Assembly (NCBI RefSeq): GCF_009914755.1
Contig: NC_060928.1
Origin: the human T2T-CHM13v2.0 reference genome, Homo sapiens
Length of the DNA: 64,000 bases
Reading direction: 5' to 3' (one strand)
Each line of letters starts with the position of its first letter. Position 1 is the stretch's first letter. Below are positions 1-18,680 of the stretch, one piece after another. The notes beneath the pieces were generated by a model that was not told the DNA's origin, did not search any database, and saw only the letters and a list, made by a program, of their open reading frames with translations. The translations under genes were made by a program, and so were the position numbers.

Positions 1-1410
<1,410 letters not shown>

Positions 1411-1614
1411 GCTATAACAGGTAAAACAAACAAAGGAACCACGGGTACCAACAGTTCAGAATAAGTGCCTTCGATATTACTTAGTATTATGGTGTCTTTG
1501 GAAAAGGAATTTCTCAGATGGAGTTAATTGATTTGAACAATTCAAGACCAGTAGGCAAATTGCCATAGATGGCTTCCCAAGCTGGCAGTTAATTTTTTTC
1601 TGTTAAAAATATAT

Positions 1615-1747
1615 ATTTTTTTAATTTTTTAGAGACACGATTTCACTTTGTTGCCCAGGCTGGTCTCAAACCCTGGGCTCAAGTGATCTGCCTGCCAAGG
1701 CCTCCCAGAGTGCTGGAATTACAGGTGTGAGCCACTGTGCTCAGCCA
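1615..1747 (-). mobile_element. Alu monomer (FLAM/AluJ left arm)
   Basis: Reverse-complement Alu left-arm sequence with T-rich tail. Confidence 0.8.
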
Positions 1748-2256
1748 CAATTAATGTTTTGGAACATAGTTTTCAAATGACTATATTAGGAGGATGAAGT
1801 CTTAGGTAAATGAAACTTACCTGATTTAAACAACAGTATCATTTAAATCACGATTGGTAATGCTGTTCACACCTTCCATATTCTTAATGATTTATTCTCT
1901 TGTCAGTTTTTGCTTCAGATATTTTAGAGTTCTATTATTAGCTGCTAAACATTTAAGATGATTATGGTGACCCTGTTTATTTCTGGTTATACTACTTGCC
2001 TTCAAAGCTATATTGTCAGATATTAATATAGCCAGATCAGCTTTCTTATACTGAAGGTCTGCATTTTACCCATTTTTTCCACAGTTTTACTATTAACTTG
2101 CCTAGTAAATTAAGGTGCTTTTCTTGTAAACAACATAGTTAGGTTTTGTTTTTTCATCTTGTTGACAATTGTTTCCTTTTAGTGGTGTGTTGGACATTTA
2201 TATTCAGTGTTATTATTGATATGGTTAGTTTAAATCTGACATTTTGCTATTTTTCT

Positions 2257-5200
2257 TTTTTTAAAATTTCTTCTAAAAAAATGGGATACATATGCAGAAC
2301 GTGCACATAGGTATACGTGTGCCATGCTGGTTTGCTGCACCCATTGACCCATCCTCTAAGTTCCCTCCTTTCACTCCCCACCCCACAACAGGCCCTGGTG
2401 TGTGTTGTTCCCCACTCTGTGTCCATGTGTTCTTATTGTTCAACTCCCACTTACGAGAGAGAACATGCGGTATTTGGTTTTCTTTTCCTGTGTTAGTTTG
2501 CTGAGGGTGATGGCTTCTAGCTTCATCCATGTCCCTGCAAAAGACATGATCTCATTCCTTTTTATGGCTGCATAATATTCCACGGTGTGTGTGTACCACA
2601 TTTTCTTGATCCAGTCTATCATTGATGGGCATTTGGGTTGGTTCCATGTCTTTGCTATTGTGAATAGTGCTGCAATAAACACACATGTGCATGTGTCTTT
2701 ATAGTAGAATGATGTATATTCCTTTGGGTATATACCCAGTAATGAGATTGCTGGGTCAAATGGTATTTCTGGTTCTAGATCCTTGAATTGCCGCACTGTC
2801 TTCAACAATGGTTGAACTAATTTACATTCCCACCAACGGTGTTAAAGTGTTTCTATTTCTCCACAGCCTTGCCAGTATCTGTCGTTTCCTGACTTTTTAA
2901 TAACCACCATTCTGACTGGTGTGAGATGGTATCTCATTGTGGTTTTGATTTGCATTTCTCTGATGATCAGTGATGTTGAGCTTTTTTCCTTATGTTTGTT
3001 GGCCATGTAAATGCTGTCTTTTGAGAAGTGTCTGTTCATATCCTTTGCCCACTTTTTGATGAGGTTGTTTTTTTCTTGTAAATTTGTTTAAGTTCCTTAT
3101 AAATTCTGGATATTAGACCTTTGTTAGATGGGTAGATTGCAGAAATTTTCTCCTATTCTGTAGATTGCCTATTCACTCTGCTGATAGTTTATTTTGCTGT
3201 GCAGAAACTCTTTAGTTTAATTAGATCCCATTTGTCAGTTTTGGCTTTTGTTGCAATTGCTTTTGTTGAGGTCTCTGCTCTGCTCCATTGGTCTATATAT
3301 CTGTTTTGGTACCAGTACCATGTTGTTTTGGTTACTGCAGCCTTGTAGTATAGTTTGAAGTCAGGTAGTGTGATGTCTCTAGCTTTGTTCTTTTTGCTTA
3401 GGATTGTCTTGGCTATACGGGGTCTTCTTTCATTCCATATGAAATTTAAAATAGTTTTTTCTAATTCTGTAAAGAATGTCAATGGTAGTTTGATGGGAAT
3501 AGCATTGAATCTATAAATTACTTTGGGCAGTATGTCCATTTTCACGATAGTGATTCTTCCTATCCTTGAGGATGGAATATTTTTCCATTTGTTTGCATTC
3601 TCTCTTATTTCCTTGAGCAGTGGTTTGTAGTTCTCCTTGAAGAGGTCCTTCACATCCCTTGTTAGCTGTATTCCTAGGTATTTTATTCTCTTTGTAACGA
3701 TTGTGAACGGGAGTTCATTCATGATTTGGCTCTCTGCTTGTCTATTGTTGGTGTAAAGGAATGCTTGTGATTTTTCCACATTGATTTTGTATCCCGAGAC
3801 TTTGCTGAAGTTGCTTGTCAGTTTAAGGAGTTTTTGGGCAGAGATGATGGGGTTTTCTAAATATACAATCATGTCATCTGCAAACAGAGACAATTTGACT
3901 TCCTCTCTTCCTATTTCAATACCCTTTGTTTCTTTCTCTTGCCTGATTTCCCTGGCCAGAATTTCCAATACTATGTTGAGTAGGAGTGGTGAGAGAGGCA
4001 TCCTTGCCTTGTGCCGGTTTTCAAAGGGAATGCTTCCAGCTTTTGCCCATTCAATATATTGGCTGTGGGTTTGTCACAAATAGCTCTTATTATTTTGAGA
4101 TATGTTCCATCAACACCTAGTTTATTGAGAGTTTTTAGCATAAAAGGGTGTTGAATTTTATCAAAGGCCTTTTCTGCATCTATTGAGATAATCACGTGGT
4201 TTTTGTCTTTGGTTCTGTTTATGTGATGGATTACATTTATTGATTTGTGTATGTTGAAACAGCCTTGCATCCCAGGGATGAAGTCGACTTGATCGCAGCG
4301 GATAAGTTTTTTCATGTGTTGCTGAATTCTGTTTGCCGGCATTTTATTGAGGATTTTCACATCAGTGTTCATCAGGGATGTTGGCCTGAAGTTTTCTTTG
4401 TTCTGTCTCTTCTTGGTTTGGTATCAGGATGATGCTGGCCTCATAAAATAAATTAGGGAGGAGTCCCTCCTTTTCAATTGTTTGGAATAGTTTCAGAAGG
4501 AATGATATCAGCTCTTCTTTGTATTTCTGGTAGAATTCAGCTGTGAATCTGTCTGGTCCTGGGCTTTTTTTGGTTGGCAGGCTATTAATTACTGCCTCAA
4601 TTTCAGAGCTTGTTATTGGTCTATTTAGGGATTCTTCTTCCTGGTTTAGCCTTGGGGCGGTGTATGTGTCCAGGAATTTATCAGTTTCTTCCAGATTTTC
4701 TAGTTTATTTGAGTAGAAGTGTTTATTGTATTCTCTGATGATAGTTTCTATTTCTGTGGGGTCAGTGGTGATCTCCCCTTTATCATTTTGTATTGTGTCT
4801 ACTTGATTCTTCCCTCTTTTCTTCTTTATTAGTCTACCTAGTGGTCTAATTTGTTAATCTTTTCAAAAAAACAGCTCCTAGATTCATTGATTTTTTTGTA
4901 GGGTTTTTCGTGTCTCTATCTCCTTCAGTTCTTCTATGATCTTAGTTATTTCTTGTTTTCTGCTAGCTTTTGGATTAGTTTGTTCTTCCCTCTTTAGCTC
5001 TTTTAATTATGATGTTAGGGTGTTGATTTGAGATCTTTCAAGCTTTCTGATGTGGGCATTTAGTGCTAAAAATTTCCCTCTTAATACTGCTTTAGCTGTG
5101 TCTCAAAGATTCTGGTACATTGTCTCTTTGTTCTCGTTGTTTTCAAATAACTTCTTCATTTCTGCTGTAATTTCATTATTTACCCAGGAGTCATTCAGGA

Positions 5201-5579
5201 GCAGGTTGTTCAATTTCCATGTAATTGTGTGGTTTTGAGTGAGTTTCTTAATCCTGAGTTCTAATTTGATTGCACTGTGTTTTGAGAGACTGTTTGTTAT
5301 GATTTCAGTTCTTTTGCATTTGCTGAGGAGTGTTTTACTTCCAAATACGTGGTCGGTTTTAGAATAAATGCCATGTGGTACTGAGAAGAATGTATATTCT
5401 ATTGATTTGGGGTAGAGAGTTCTATAGATGTCTACTAGATCCACTTGATCCAGAGCTGAGTTCAAGTCCTGAATATCCTTGTTAATTTTCTGTCTCATTG
5501 ATCTAATACTGACAGTGGGGTGTTAAAGTCTCCCACTATTATTTCATAGGAGTCTAAGTCTCTTTGTAGGTCTCTAAGA
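2257..5579 (-). mobile_element. L1PA (L1PA7/8-like) ORF2 plus 3'UTR, non-inverted part, disrupted
   Basis: Minus-strand ORFs give L1 ORF2 peptides ([15 protein letters not shown] motif, [31 protein letters not shown]); multiple frameshifts and stops. Confidence 0.95.
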
Positions 5580-7129
5580 GGCACACCCCCTCCACCAAGA
5601 GAGAAAGTGCTTCATCAAACTGGTCCTATTACCCGTGCCACCCAATTGGGTGAGACCCTCTAACAGGGGGTTGTCAGACACCCTATGCAGGAGCGATCCT
5701 ACTGGCATCAGGTTGGTGCTCCTCGAGGTCAGAGGACACAGAAGAAGCAGGCACCCATCTTTGCTGTTCTCTAGCCTCCTTGAGTAACATCTCCAGGTGC
5801 AGGAGCAAATCAGATAGAATAGGGCCTAAAGTGAACCCCCAGCAAACTGCAGAAGCCCTCAGAAGAGGGACCTGACCATTGAAAGACAAAAAAAAAAAAA
5901 AAAAAAACTAGCAGAAAGCAACAACAACAGCATCAACAACAACAAAAAATCCCCCACAAAAACCCCATTCAAGGGTCAGCAGCCTCAAAGACTGAAAATA
6001 GACAAACTCACAAAGATGAGAAAGAATCAACGAAAAAATGATGAAAACCCAAAAGGCCAAAGTGCCTCTTCTCCTCCAAATGATCGCAATGTCTCTCCAT
6101 CAAGGGTGCAGAACTGTATGGAGGATCAGATGGACGAATTGACGGAAGCAGGCTTCAGAAGATGGGTAATAAAAAACTACGCTGAGCTAAAAGGAGCATG
6201 TTCTAAACCAATGCAAAGACGCTAAGAACCTTTATGAAAGGTTAGAGGAATTGCTAACTAGAATAACCAGTTTAGAGAGGAACATAAATGACCTGATGGA
6301 GCTGAAAAACACAGCATGAGAACTTCGTGAAGCATACACAAGTATCAACACCCAAATCAACCAAGTAGAAGAAAGGATATCAGAATTTGAAGACCACCTT
6401 GCTGAAATAAGGCATGCAGACAAGACTAGAGAAGAAAGAATGTGAAGGAATGAAGAAAGCCTCCAAGAAATATGGGACTTCATAAAAAGACCGAACCTAC
6501 TATCGATTGGAGTACCAGAAGAAGACAGGGAGAACAGAAACAAGCTGGAAAACACACTTCAGGATATTATCCAGGAGAACTTCCCCAACTTAGCAAGACA
6601 GGCCAACATGCAAATTCAGGAAATACAGAGAACACCACCAAGATACTCCACAAGAAGATCAACCCCAAGACACATAATCGTCAGATTCTCCAAGGTTGAA
6701 ATGAAGGAAAAACTGTTAAGGGCAGCCAGAGAGAAAGGCCAGGTCACCTACAAAGGGAAGCCCATCGGACTAACAGCAGACCTCTCAGCAGAAACTCTAT
6801 AAGCCAGAAGAGATTGGGGGCCAATATTCAACATTGTTACAGAAAAAAATTTTCAACCCAGAATTTCATATCCAGCCACACTAACCTTCAAAAGCGAAGG
6901 AGAAATAAAATCCTTTCCAGACAAGCAGATGCTGAGGGATTTTGTCACCACCAGGCCTGCCTTACAGGAGCTCCTGAAAGGAGCACTCAATATGGAAAGG
7001 AAAAACCGGTACCAGTCACTGCAAAAAACACACCAAAATATAAAGACCAATGACACTATGAAGAAACTGCATCAGCTAGTGTGCAAAATAACCAAATAGC
7101 AGCATGACGACAGAATCAAATTCACACAT
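5580..7129 (+). mobile_element. Inverted 5' part of the same L1 (partial 5'UTR, ORF1, first codons of ORF2)
   Basis: ORF1 peptides (MRKNQRKN..., TPRHIIVRFSKVEMKEKLLRAAREKGQVTYKGKPI); ends at ORF2 start ...GAATCAAATTCACACAT; whole element flanked by TSD ACATTTTGCTATTTTTCT (2239-2256, 7126-7143). Confidence 0.93.
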
Positions 7130-7686
7130 TTTGCTATTTTTCTAATTATCCTATCTGTCCTTTACCTTCTGTCTTTCCCTTTCTGCCTTCTTGGGTTAAT
7201 TGAGTAGTTTTAAAATATTTCATTTTGCCCTTATAACTCAGCTGCCAAATGTTTGGGTTGGTGGGGAGCTAACCTTGCTCTTGAACTGTACTCCTGGCTT
7301 TCCACATCTTGGAAGATCTCTCTTTATCCTGCTGGTCATTGGCTTTGCATTTGGTGAAGGCTCAGTGCTTCTCAGAAGGATCACTTTCAGCCCTTTGACC
7401 TGCTCCCAGCCTTCAGTGGACTGCTGCCTTGCATTCTGCAAAGGCCCAGTGTACTTGAAGAGGATCTCTTAGCCCTTCTGTTCTGTTCCTAGCCTTTGGT
7501 GTGTGGTACTTGTGCACTGGGTGGAAGCTCTATGGGAAAGAACTGGCAGGTGGATATGGAGTTGCTCTTTGATCAGGGCTCTTCAGAATTCTAATTCCTC
7601 ACATCAGCAGCTAATAAAAGTTTCTTAAAAATTCAGCTGGTTTCTTCGTGGTCCCATTTTTGGCAAGTTTATTCCTCCTTCTATCA

Positions 7687-7818
7687 GAGATGAAGCAGCT
7701 ATGCATCTCTTTTTTGGGAAGAGGTCATCTGTATATCGAATTTATTTAGGAGATGAAGCAGCTATGCATCTCTATTTTGGGAAGAGATCATCTGTATATT
7801 GAATTTAGTTTATTTAGG
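7687..7818. repeat. 63-bp tandem duplication
   Basis: gagatgaagcagctatgcatctct...tcatctgtatat(c/t)gaattta starts at 7687 and again at 7750. Confidence 0.9.
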
Positions 7819-9634
7819 TTTTTTATGCATCTCAGCTCAGATAGTTTTTATAGAAAATCTATGATTTTGTGACTTCCTCAACTTCTTGTTGTAGACTCTG
7901 GTTATTTTTAAAACTTGTAATTTAAAAATTATATGCCAATGGAAACACTCTTCAAGAATCTTACATGTAATGCTTATTGCTTAGTGGTTTAATGAATGAC
8001 AACAATCCCTGAGTGTGGGAATAGTTGAGGTCTACAAAAGGTTAATGAGTAAATGAATTATGTTTACTTTGGGTATTGAGTCACTGGTACTGATCTGGCC
8101 ATACACGAATATCCCTAATCACCCTCATGACTAGTAATACACATTTATAAGATGGTGGACCAGAGCTGGGCTAGCGTTGATTGATAAGGGACAGAAAGAA
8201 AGTATAGCGATTGATTATTCAGCCTTGCCTCATGGGCATTTGTACATCCTTATGAGTTAAAGTGAGATGCAAATGCATTCTTCATTAAATTGGCTTATCT
8301 GAATCATTTTAGAGCTGTATGCAATAATTTGCTTATACTCATTAAGATAAGTTTGGTTATATTGATTAAAAACAAAGCTTATTTTCTGCATTTTCCAATA
8401 ATATTGTAAAAAATACTTCATACCCTTCATTGTTTGGGTTTCATGTCTTCATTACATTCCTTTTACTTCGTATTATCTTTTAAGATTTTGTAGAAGAATT
8501 TCACTTGGGTAACTGTAGGCTTAAATGATGCAATGCTTTCTGGAATCCAGGGGTGACTGACACACAGAGGTGACTCAGACATGAAATGTTCAACAAAATT
8601 CTAAGGTTGTCTTTTTTTTAAATTGTAAATTCTTAAACATTCATAAAAGTAGTGAGATTAGAATAATGAAATCCTGTGCTTCTAATGACTGTTAACACAA
8701 GTGAATCTTATTTATCCTATCCACTTTATTAAAAATTTAGTTATCTATTATTTAAAATAATATATTAGCTTATTTTAAAGCTAATCCCAGATATTATGTT
8801 TCATTTTGCATGTCTGTTGCTGTCTTGGTAGGAAAATTTTTAAAACATAAATTACTATGACATAATGATATCTAACAAAGTTAATTATTTAAGAAACTTT
8901 CAAAAGTTGCTTTTTCATGCCGTTTCCCTAGCTACCTATAAACACCTGGAAATTATATTTATTTTATATTTCTAATGTTATTCAAATGATAATATGCTGA
9001 TTTCTAAAATTGCATTTTTTTCTGTTGCTCTCAAGAATATCCTAAACATATCCATAGGATGTGGGATGACCTATGAAAATAGTCTGGACAAACATTTATC
9101 TTGTTTATCTTATGATAAGCAGAGTTCTGAGAAGTTTGGTAATAAAGAGTTAACTTGGTTTAACTAAGATTTTCCTAAATTATTTGACACCAGAACCTAT
9201 TTTTTATTTAACATCTGTTAGCAAAAATATATTTGGGGGAATATTGTTCTAGGCAGGAGAATGCTGCCTCTGAATAGCAAAATAATCTTTACTTCATTTT
9301 TATTTCAATTAATTAGGTAATTATTTGTCCATATTACATTATCATCATAATTAAGTAATTTTTTTTTGTTTTTCTGTAATCTGCTTAATATTGATAATGT
9401 GGTGTGACAAGTCATGTTTCTCAGGATCTTATTTTATGAAAATCTTTCATCACACTTATTTTATGAAAATCATTTGCTGTGTAAGCAAATTAAGTATAAG
9501 CATTTTGTGTTTCCACTAGATAGATATTTGCACACAAAAAAATAGACATCAAAATCCCATATAGAAAGCTAAATGCATCTATAGTTCATTGAAGAGGAAG
9601 CTAGAAATAAGATGTGTAGAAGTCAAAGAAATAG

Positions 9635-9940
<306 letters not shown>

Positions 9941-10145
9941 TTATAACAGTGAATAACTAGATTTTGTTTCATTTGTGAAGAATTGGCAAATAACTTTTAA
10001 ATAGTTTCAACATAGGCAGTAGCATGGGAATTCTCCTACACTTTTATGTACCCTTAAAATATGTTCACTTTAAAAAATGTAAATAGTTAACAGGGGCGAT
10101 TGAAAGCTAACTGCCCAACAAAGGAAACAATTCTCCGTGTGTCCC

Positions 10146-10191
10146 CCTTCTCTGCTCACCCTGTGACACCTTCTCTGCTCACCCTGTGACA
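10146..10191. repeat. Perfect 23-bp tandem duplication
   Basis: ccttctctgctcaccctgtgaca x2. Confidence 0.9.
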
Positions 10192-10428
10192 CAGGAGCGA
10201 CAAGGAACTCACAAGGCACTGGTGCCCTAGTAGTTCTGCATCTCATCCTCTCTCATACAGTTTAGTTGACATCTGCTCCCTGTCACTCACCCATACCCCC
10301 AACCTCACCAATCCTCCAAAGTGGATTAGTTGTTGCTTAGGTGTGTTTTGTCTTTATATTGCGTAAATATTGTGAAGAAGGCTCTTTCCTCTGTGGTGCT
10401 ACAAAGATAATTTTTTTTCCCGTTACAG

Positions 10429-10532
10429 TCAAGCTACAACTTCAAGCAGAAGAGAGAGGAGTTGTGTCTATCAAAGGAGTGTGTGCTAACCGTTACCTGG
10501 CTATGAAGGAAGATGGAAGATTACTGGCTTCT
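10429..10532 (+). CDS. FGF2: Fibroblast growth factor 2, exon 2 (104 bp)
   Basis: ttttttttcccgttacAG acceptor, GTaagc donor; encodes (I)KLQLQAEERGVVSIKGVCANRYLAMKEDGRLLAS. Confidence 0.98.
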
Positions 10533-11149
10533 GTAAGCATACTTTCTGTTTTCACACGTTTTTTGTTAGCTTTTATTGCTGTTAATTTACCAGCATTGTT
10601 GTTTATCAAATCTTTATAAAGGATTTTACGTGTATCATCGTCATAGTCACCCTGTAAAATAGGGAGTATTTTCTTTATTTCACAGATGCAAAAACTGATG
10701 TGCTGAGGGAGTAAGTAAAGTAAGAAAACACAGCTCATATAAAGTAGAGACTGGATTGGGCTGGAGGCATTCCTGACCTCTAAGTCACTGCTTTTACTCT
10801 GCAAAACTATTAAGCTATAATTTAAAAAAAATTTTCTTCTATTATGCAGTTGTTTGAAGATCATTGGGAATAAATATATACAATTTTGATTATTGGTTTT
10901 TAAGTTTCTTCTTTAGAATGTGACGTACAAAACACTAGCAATGTAGAACACTAGTTGAGAATGTAAGCTTTCTGCCTGGTACAGATGCCGACTCTGCCAC
11001 TTATGAGCTCTGTGTTCTTGGGCAAATGATTCTGAGTTAGTTCTCTTACCTGTAAAATAGAAACAATGATACTATCTCATTGGGATTTTATCAGAATTTA
11101 ATTAGATACTACACATCAAGTGCCCAAATCAGCATTTGACACGTAATAG

Positions 11150-11522
<373 letters not shown>

Positions 11523-13695
11523 TAGAGAGGAACTTTTCTTTTTTACATGTTATCACAGCTTATCAGGGGTCCTAGTTCCTGGCTAGTATTCTTTCCACTA
11601 GTACAGGCTCCCTGTCAACTTCACCATTATTATTAGAAACGGGACTGCATATCTGTTGAACATACGATGTATAAAGAATGGTGCAGGAAAATAAATATAA
11701 AAGACAGATCTCATTCCTGTCTCCGTGAGGGAGTAGATAGGACATGTATGTAAATGTTTGTGCGTGTGTGTGTTTCACAGCTCTTACACCAATGCCACTG
11801 GCCAGTTATGACATCTCTATATAACCTCCCCACAGAAAGGATCTAACAGTACTAAGAAATTGTGGTATTTTGAGCTATACAAATAGTTTTTGAAATTTCT
11901 TCTGAATGAAGACCTTTGGATTTCTAAAAGCACCAAAACAAGGCTTACAGAGAAAAAGGGTATCTAAACTATCCCAATTTCAGACTGACTGTATGACAAA
12001 GATATACTTACATTGATATTACCAGTTTATGTAATTTTTGCAGGATAAATCACAAGTTTGAGTGTAGTGGCTCTCAATTTTGGGGGGAGGTAGTTGAATA
12101 AATTTTAGAATTCTCTTTAAGAATAGCCAATACTTATTAAGTGAAAGTGTGCCAGATGCTATGGTAGGCATTGAGCTTATAAAATTGAATATCAAATTGT
12201 CTCTGCCCTTAATGAGTGACAATCCAGGGGAGGCAGAAGTGTAAATAAGTATTTATAATAATGTATAAGGGTTTTGATGTGCTACTTCTATATTTTGCAT
12301 ACATGCATAGTAATATAGGAAAGGATAAGAAGTATTATGATATAGGAAGCAATATAGAAAATGAGGTAATTACATTTTTCTAGAATTGGGGGAGATGACC
12401 TATAAGTAGAATTTTAGACGTTGTAAAGGAAGGAGTTCAGCAGGCAGTCATGGGGCAGAAGAAATTGAGATGAAGGTATAGATAACTCTAGGACATAGGA
12501 CATGAAAAGGTGTGGATAAAAAATCTACTTGATGTATCTCTAGAATTACAAGTAATTAACTAATGCTGGAATGTATAGTGCAATGGAGTAACTAGGTGGA
12601 AGGGAAGGGAGAGAAGGCTGGGGAGGTAGATAGACTGTCTGCTGAATCTGTTGAAGGGCTTTATACACCATGCTGACTATAAGCAGTGGAGAGCCATGAA
12701 GAGTTTTAAGAAGAGATCTAATTAGATTTAAATTTGAGAAAGATCATCCTGGCAGAAGTGTAGAGAATGGACTTGAGGGGGCCAAGACTGGTGGAGAGAG
12801 ATCAGTTAGAAGGCCACTGTAATAGTCCAAGCAAGTCATGTTCTGATCCTGGCAATAACAGTAGGTCAGAGAGGAGTGAGGAAAGTGCTAGCACTTGTGA
12901 TTGATTAGATTTAGGACTGAAGATGAAAGAAAAGTCAAAGGTGGCTTTTAGGTTGCTGGTTTGGGTGAGAAGGTAGACGAGAAAGGGGAAGGAAGAAAAG
13001 AGCAAGGTTTGGGAAAAGGTAGTAAGTTCGAATTTAGACCTATTTAGTTTGAGTTGCCTAAGGGAAATTCAGGTAAAGATGTTCAGTGAGTAGTTGAAAT
13101 TATAAATCTGGAGCTTAGAGGAACAGTCTACATTGATTGTTAGATAGATTTGGGTATGATCAGCATATAGGTGGTAGTTAAATTGGGGGAATGTATGCAG
13201 TTTCCTAGGTAAAGAATACAGCTCAAAACATTAACTACTTGGGACTTTCACTTCTTCTACTCTGTACTTGCCTTTTATTCTGCCAATCTATTGTCAGCTC
13301 AAGAGGTGATGTAATAGTTTGGGAATCTACCAAAGTAGCATTTTAAATATCTCCCATGACAGTGAACCAATAAGTAATTTTGGATGACTGACATTTTATT
13401 AGTGAGAGGAAGATGAGTTTCCAACCCTCCTGCCCCTTTCACTTTAGGATGTGACAAATCACTATGCTTCTGCAGTAGAATTGGTTTGGCTACTGTCAGA
13501 CAGTGAGGGTGGTAGAGGAAAAAAAAGGAGTTGCACACAACATTTGCTCCTGTTATAACTAACTATGGACGGCACTAATAAAATGGTTTTAAAGCTCCAG
13601 CCTTTTATATGTCTGCCATAATCTGGGTCAGTGAATGCCTTGAGATTAGTTGTTACCCTGTGGTGTTGTTGAGATTAGAAGATGCAGTAACCTAG

Positions 13696-16289
<2,594 letters not shown>

Positions 16290-18320
16290 CCTAGTAATCA
16301 TGGTGACTCTGTAAGATAATTGCCGGTGGAATTTTTCATCTCCTCAGGAGCACTGGCTGAATATTGATTCATTGACAATGATAAAAAGACCCATTGTTGT
16401 TAAAAGTGATGAAAACAGAAATTGCTCTATCTTCAAGTGTATCTCTGAAACTACTAGGGTACATAAAAAGATGAGACAAGTTAAAAGAATGTAGACCTGA
16501 AAAGAGAATTCTGACTTTTTCTCTTGGCAAATAGGTATTAAGCTTCCCAAACTGTTGATTCTGTACCATCAGAAATGTAAAATACTCAAAATAAAGTTTT
16601 CTAGTTTCATTCTTAGCTAAGCAGGAACTTGTGAAAGTTAGTCTTAAATGTGTTTCTATCTCTTTGGATGTATTAACTCTTTCTGATGGAACAGATTTCC
16701 ACCAAGTTGGTGCAGTAAGAATTAATTTACCAATGCTTAGAAATGTATCACAAACACTCTGTAGAGACAAAGCCATGGCTATTAAGCATAAATTAAAAAT
16801 TCAGGATTTCTTAGTCTCCTTTGAGGAATGGCATGACCAAGATCCAGTTGTACGTTTCAGCTCTCGTCATACGACCTGTTCACAAGTTAATCTCTAGTCT
16901 TACCATCCAATTTGTGTGGCTTGATGTCATGCCTTTTCAGCAGCAATCCTGTCTCTTTCAAATGTTCTTGGTGGGCTGTGTCAATCTTCAGATGAAAAAG
17001 TAAGCGTGCCCCACCTCAACACCAAAGATATGGTGTTGGTGATTCAGTAAGTGGCACATTTCTCTCCGAGTCAGATCCATAGACATTAAACTGTCAACAA
17101 CAGCAGCTTTTGGTATGAGTTCAGTGTTCTGACCAGTAGCCATCATCTGGGGATGCAGATGTGCCTCGTAACTTGAAGAAACTGGAATTTATGAACTTGC
17201 ACTTGCCAGAGGCATAGTCCTTCCCACTCTTCTACCTGGCCCTTTTTCAGACTACTGTGTTATGACACATCCCTGGGTTCTTCTCCATTTTACTCTGTGA
17301 TTCCTGCAGTGATTTCTAAAGCAGTCTAGTTTCCTCCCAGAAAGAAGAGTGCTGTGGATACAAAAAACATTTTGGTTTTTAAGAGTTATGTTAGGTTGAT
17401 TACCAATTAGAGTATGAAAAAAGACTAATTTGTATACCGTTTTTTCCCCAACACCTTCACATATTAATGGTATGCATGTTTTCAGGTTACCGATTTTGTG
17501 TTGTTTGAAAACATTTCTTAAGGGTCTTTCCTTTCCTTTTGAAGCTAGGAAATAGGAAAATTCAAAAAATAACTATATTTAATTGCCAAAGCCTGTATTT
17601 GGAAGCTGAAGTTAAATAGTTCTTTAATGCACAACAGACTTCTTACTCCATTCCATAGCAGGATAAATTTTGTTGCTATGAGCAACAGAAGTCCAGAACA
17701 AATATTAGAATTGATGATTTAAGTGTTCACAAAATTACAGATTTTTAAGAAAATTGCATAAAGTGAAGTTAATTGTAGTTTTAAGTTTAAATCACCAAAT
17801 GACCTCAATGTTAGCATTGGTATGAAAAAACTTTACTGATCTTCATCTGCCAGAAAGTTGCACATTGTTTTCTATATAATGCTATATAGATCATGATATA
17901 CCCTGAACAAAATATTAATATCTCAGTATTAGAATGTAATTTGCATTGATCCACAATAGTGAAATATGAAAAAATGTATATTCTCTGAGGATATACATGT
18001 AATTTCTGTAAAAGTAAAATACATTTTACCTACAGAATAACTTTCTTAATTGAGGGGCCTTCACAATGACATGAAATCTATAATAAAGTAAAGTAGAGAA
18101 AATAGATATCTGAGAGCCCAATTATCCAGACTGACAATCTATACTGATGAAATTTGTGAGAAAAATACAGTAATTGAAGAGGAATATATATCCTTTTTAA
18201 GAGATAAAATACTAGAAAAAATACAAAGGTTATTGCATAATGAGAATTACTGTTCTTTTATAACTCAATCTTAAAACTGTTATGCAACCTATAGGTATTA
18301 CAGGTTTAAGATCAAATTTA

Positions 18321-18680
<360 letters not shown>

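Noticed and set aside
3189-4001. 270-aa reverse-transcriptase ORF as a novel RT system
   Set aside because: Fragment of a broken L1 ORF2 with stops, frameshifts and deletions
8565-8580. AP-1 motif TGACTCA as an intronic enhancer
   Set aside because: A single 7-mer is expected by chance several times in 64 kb
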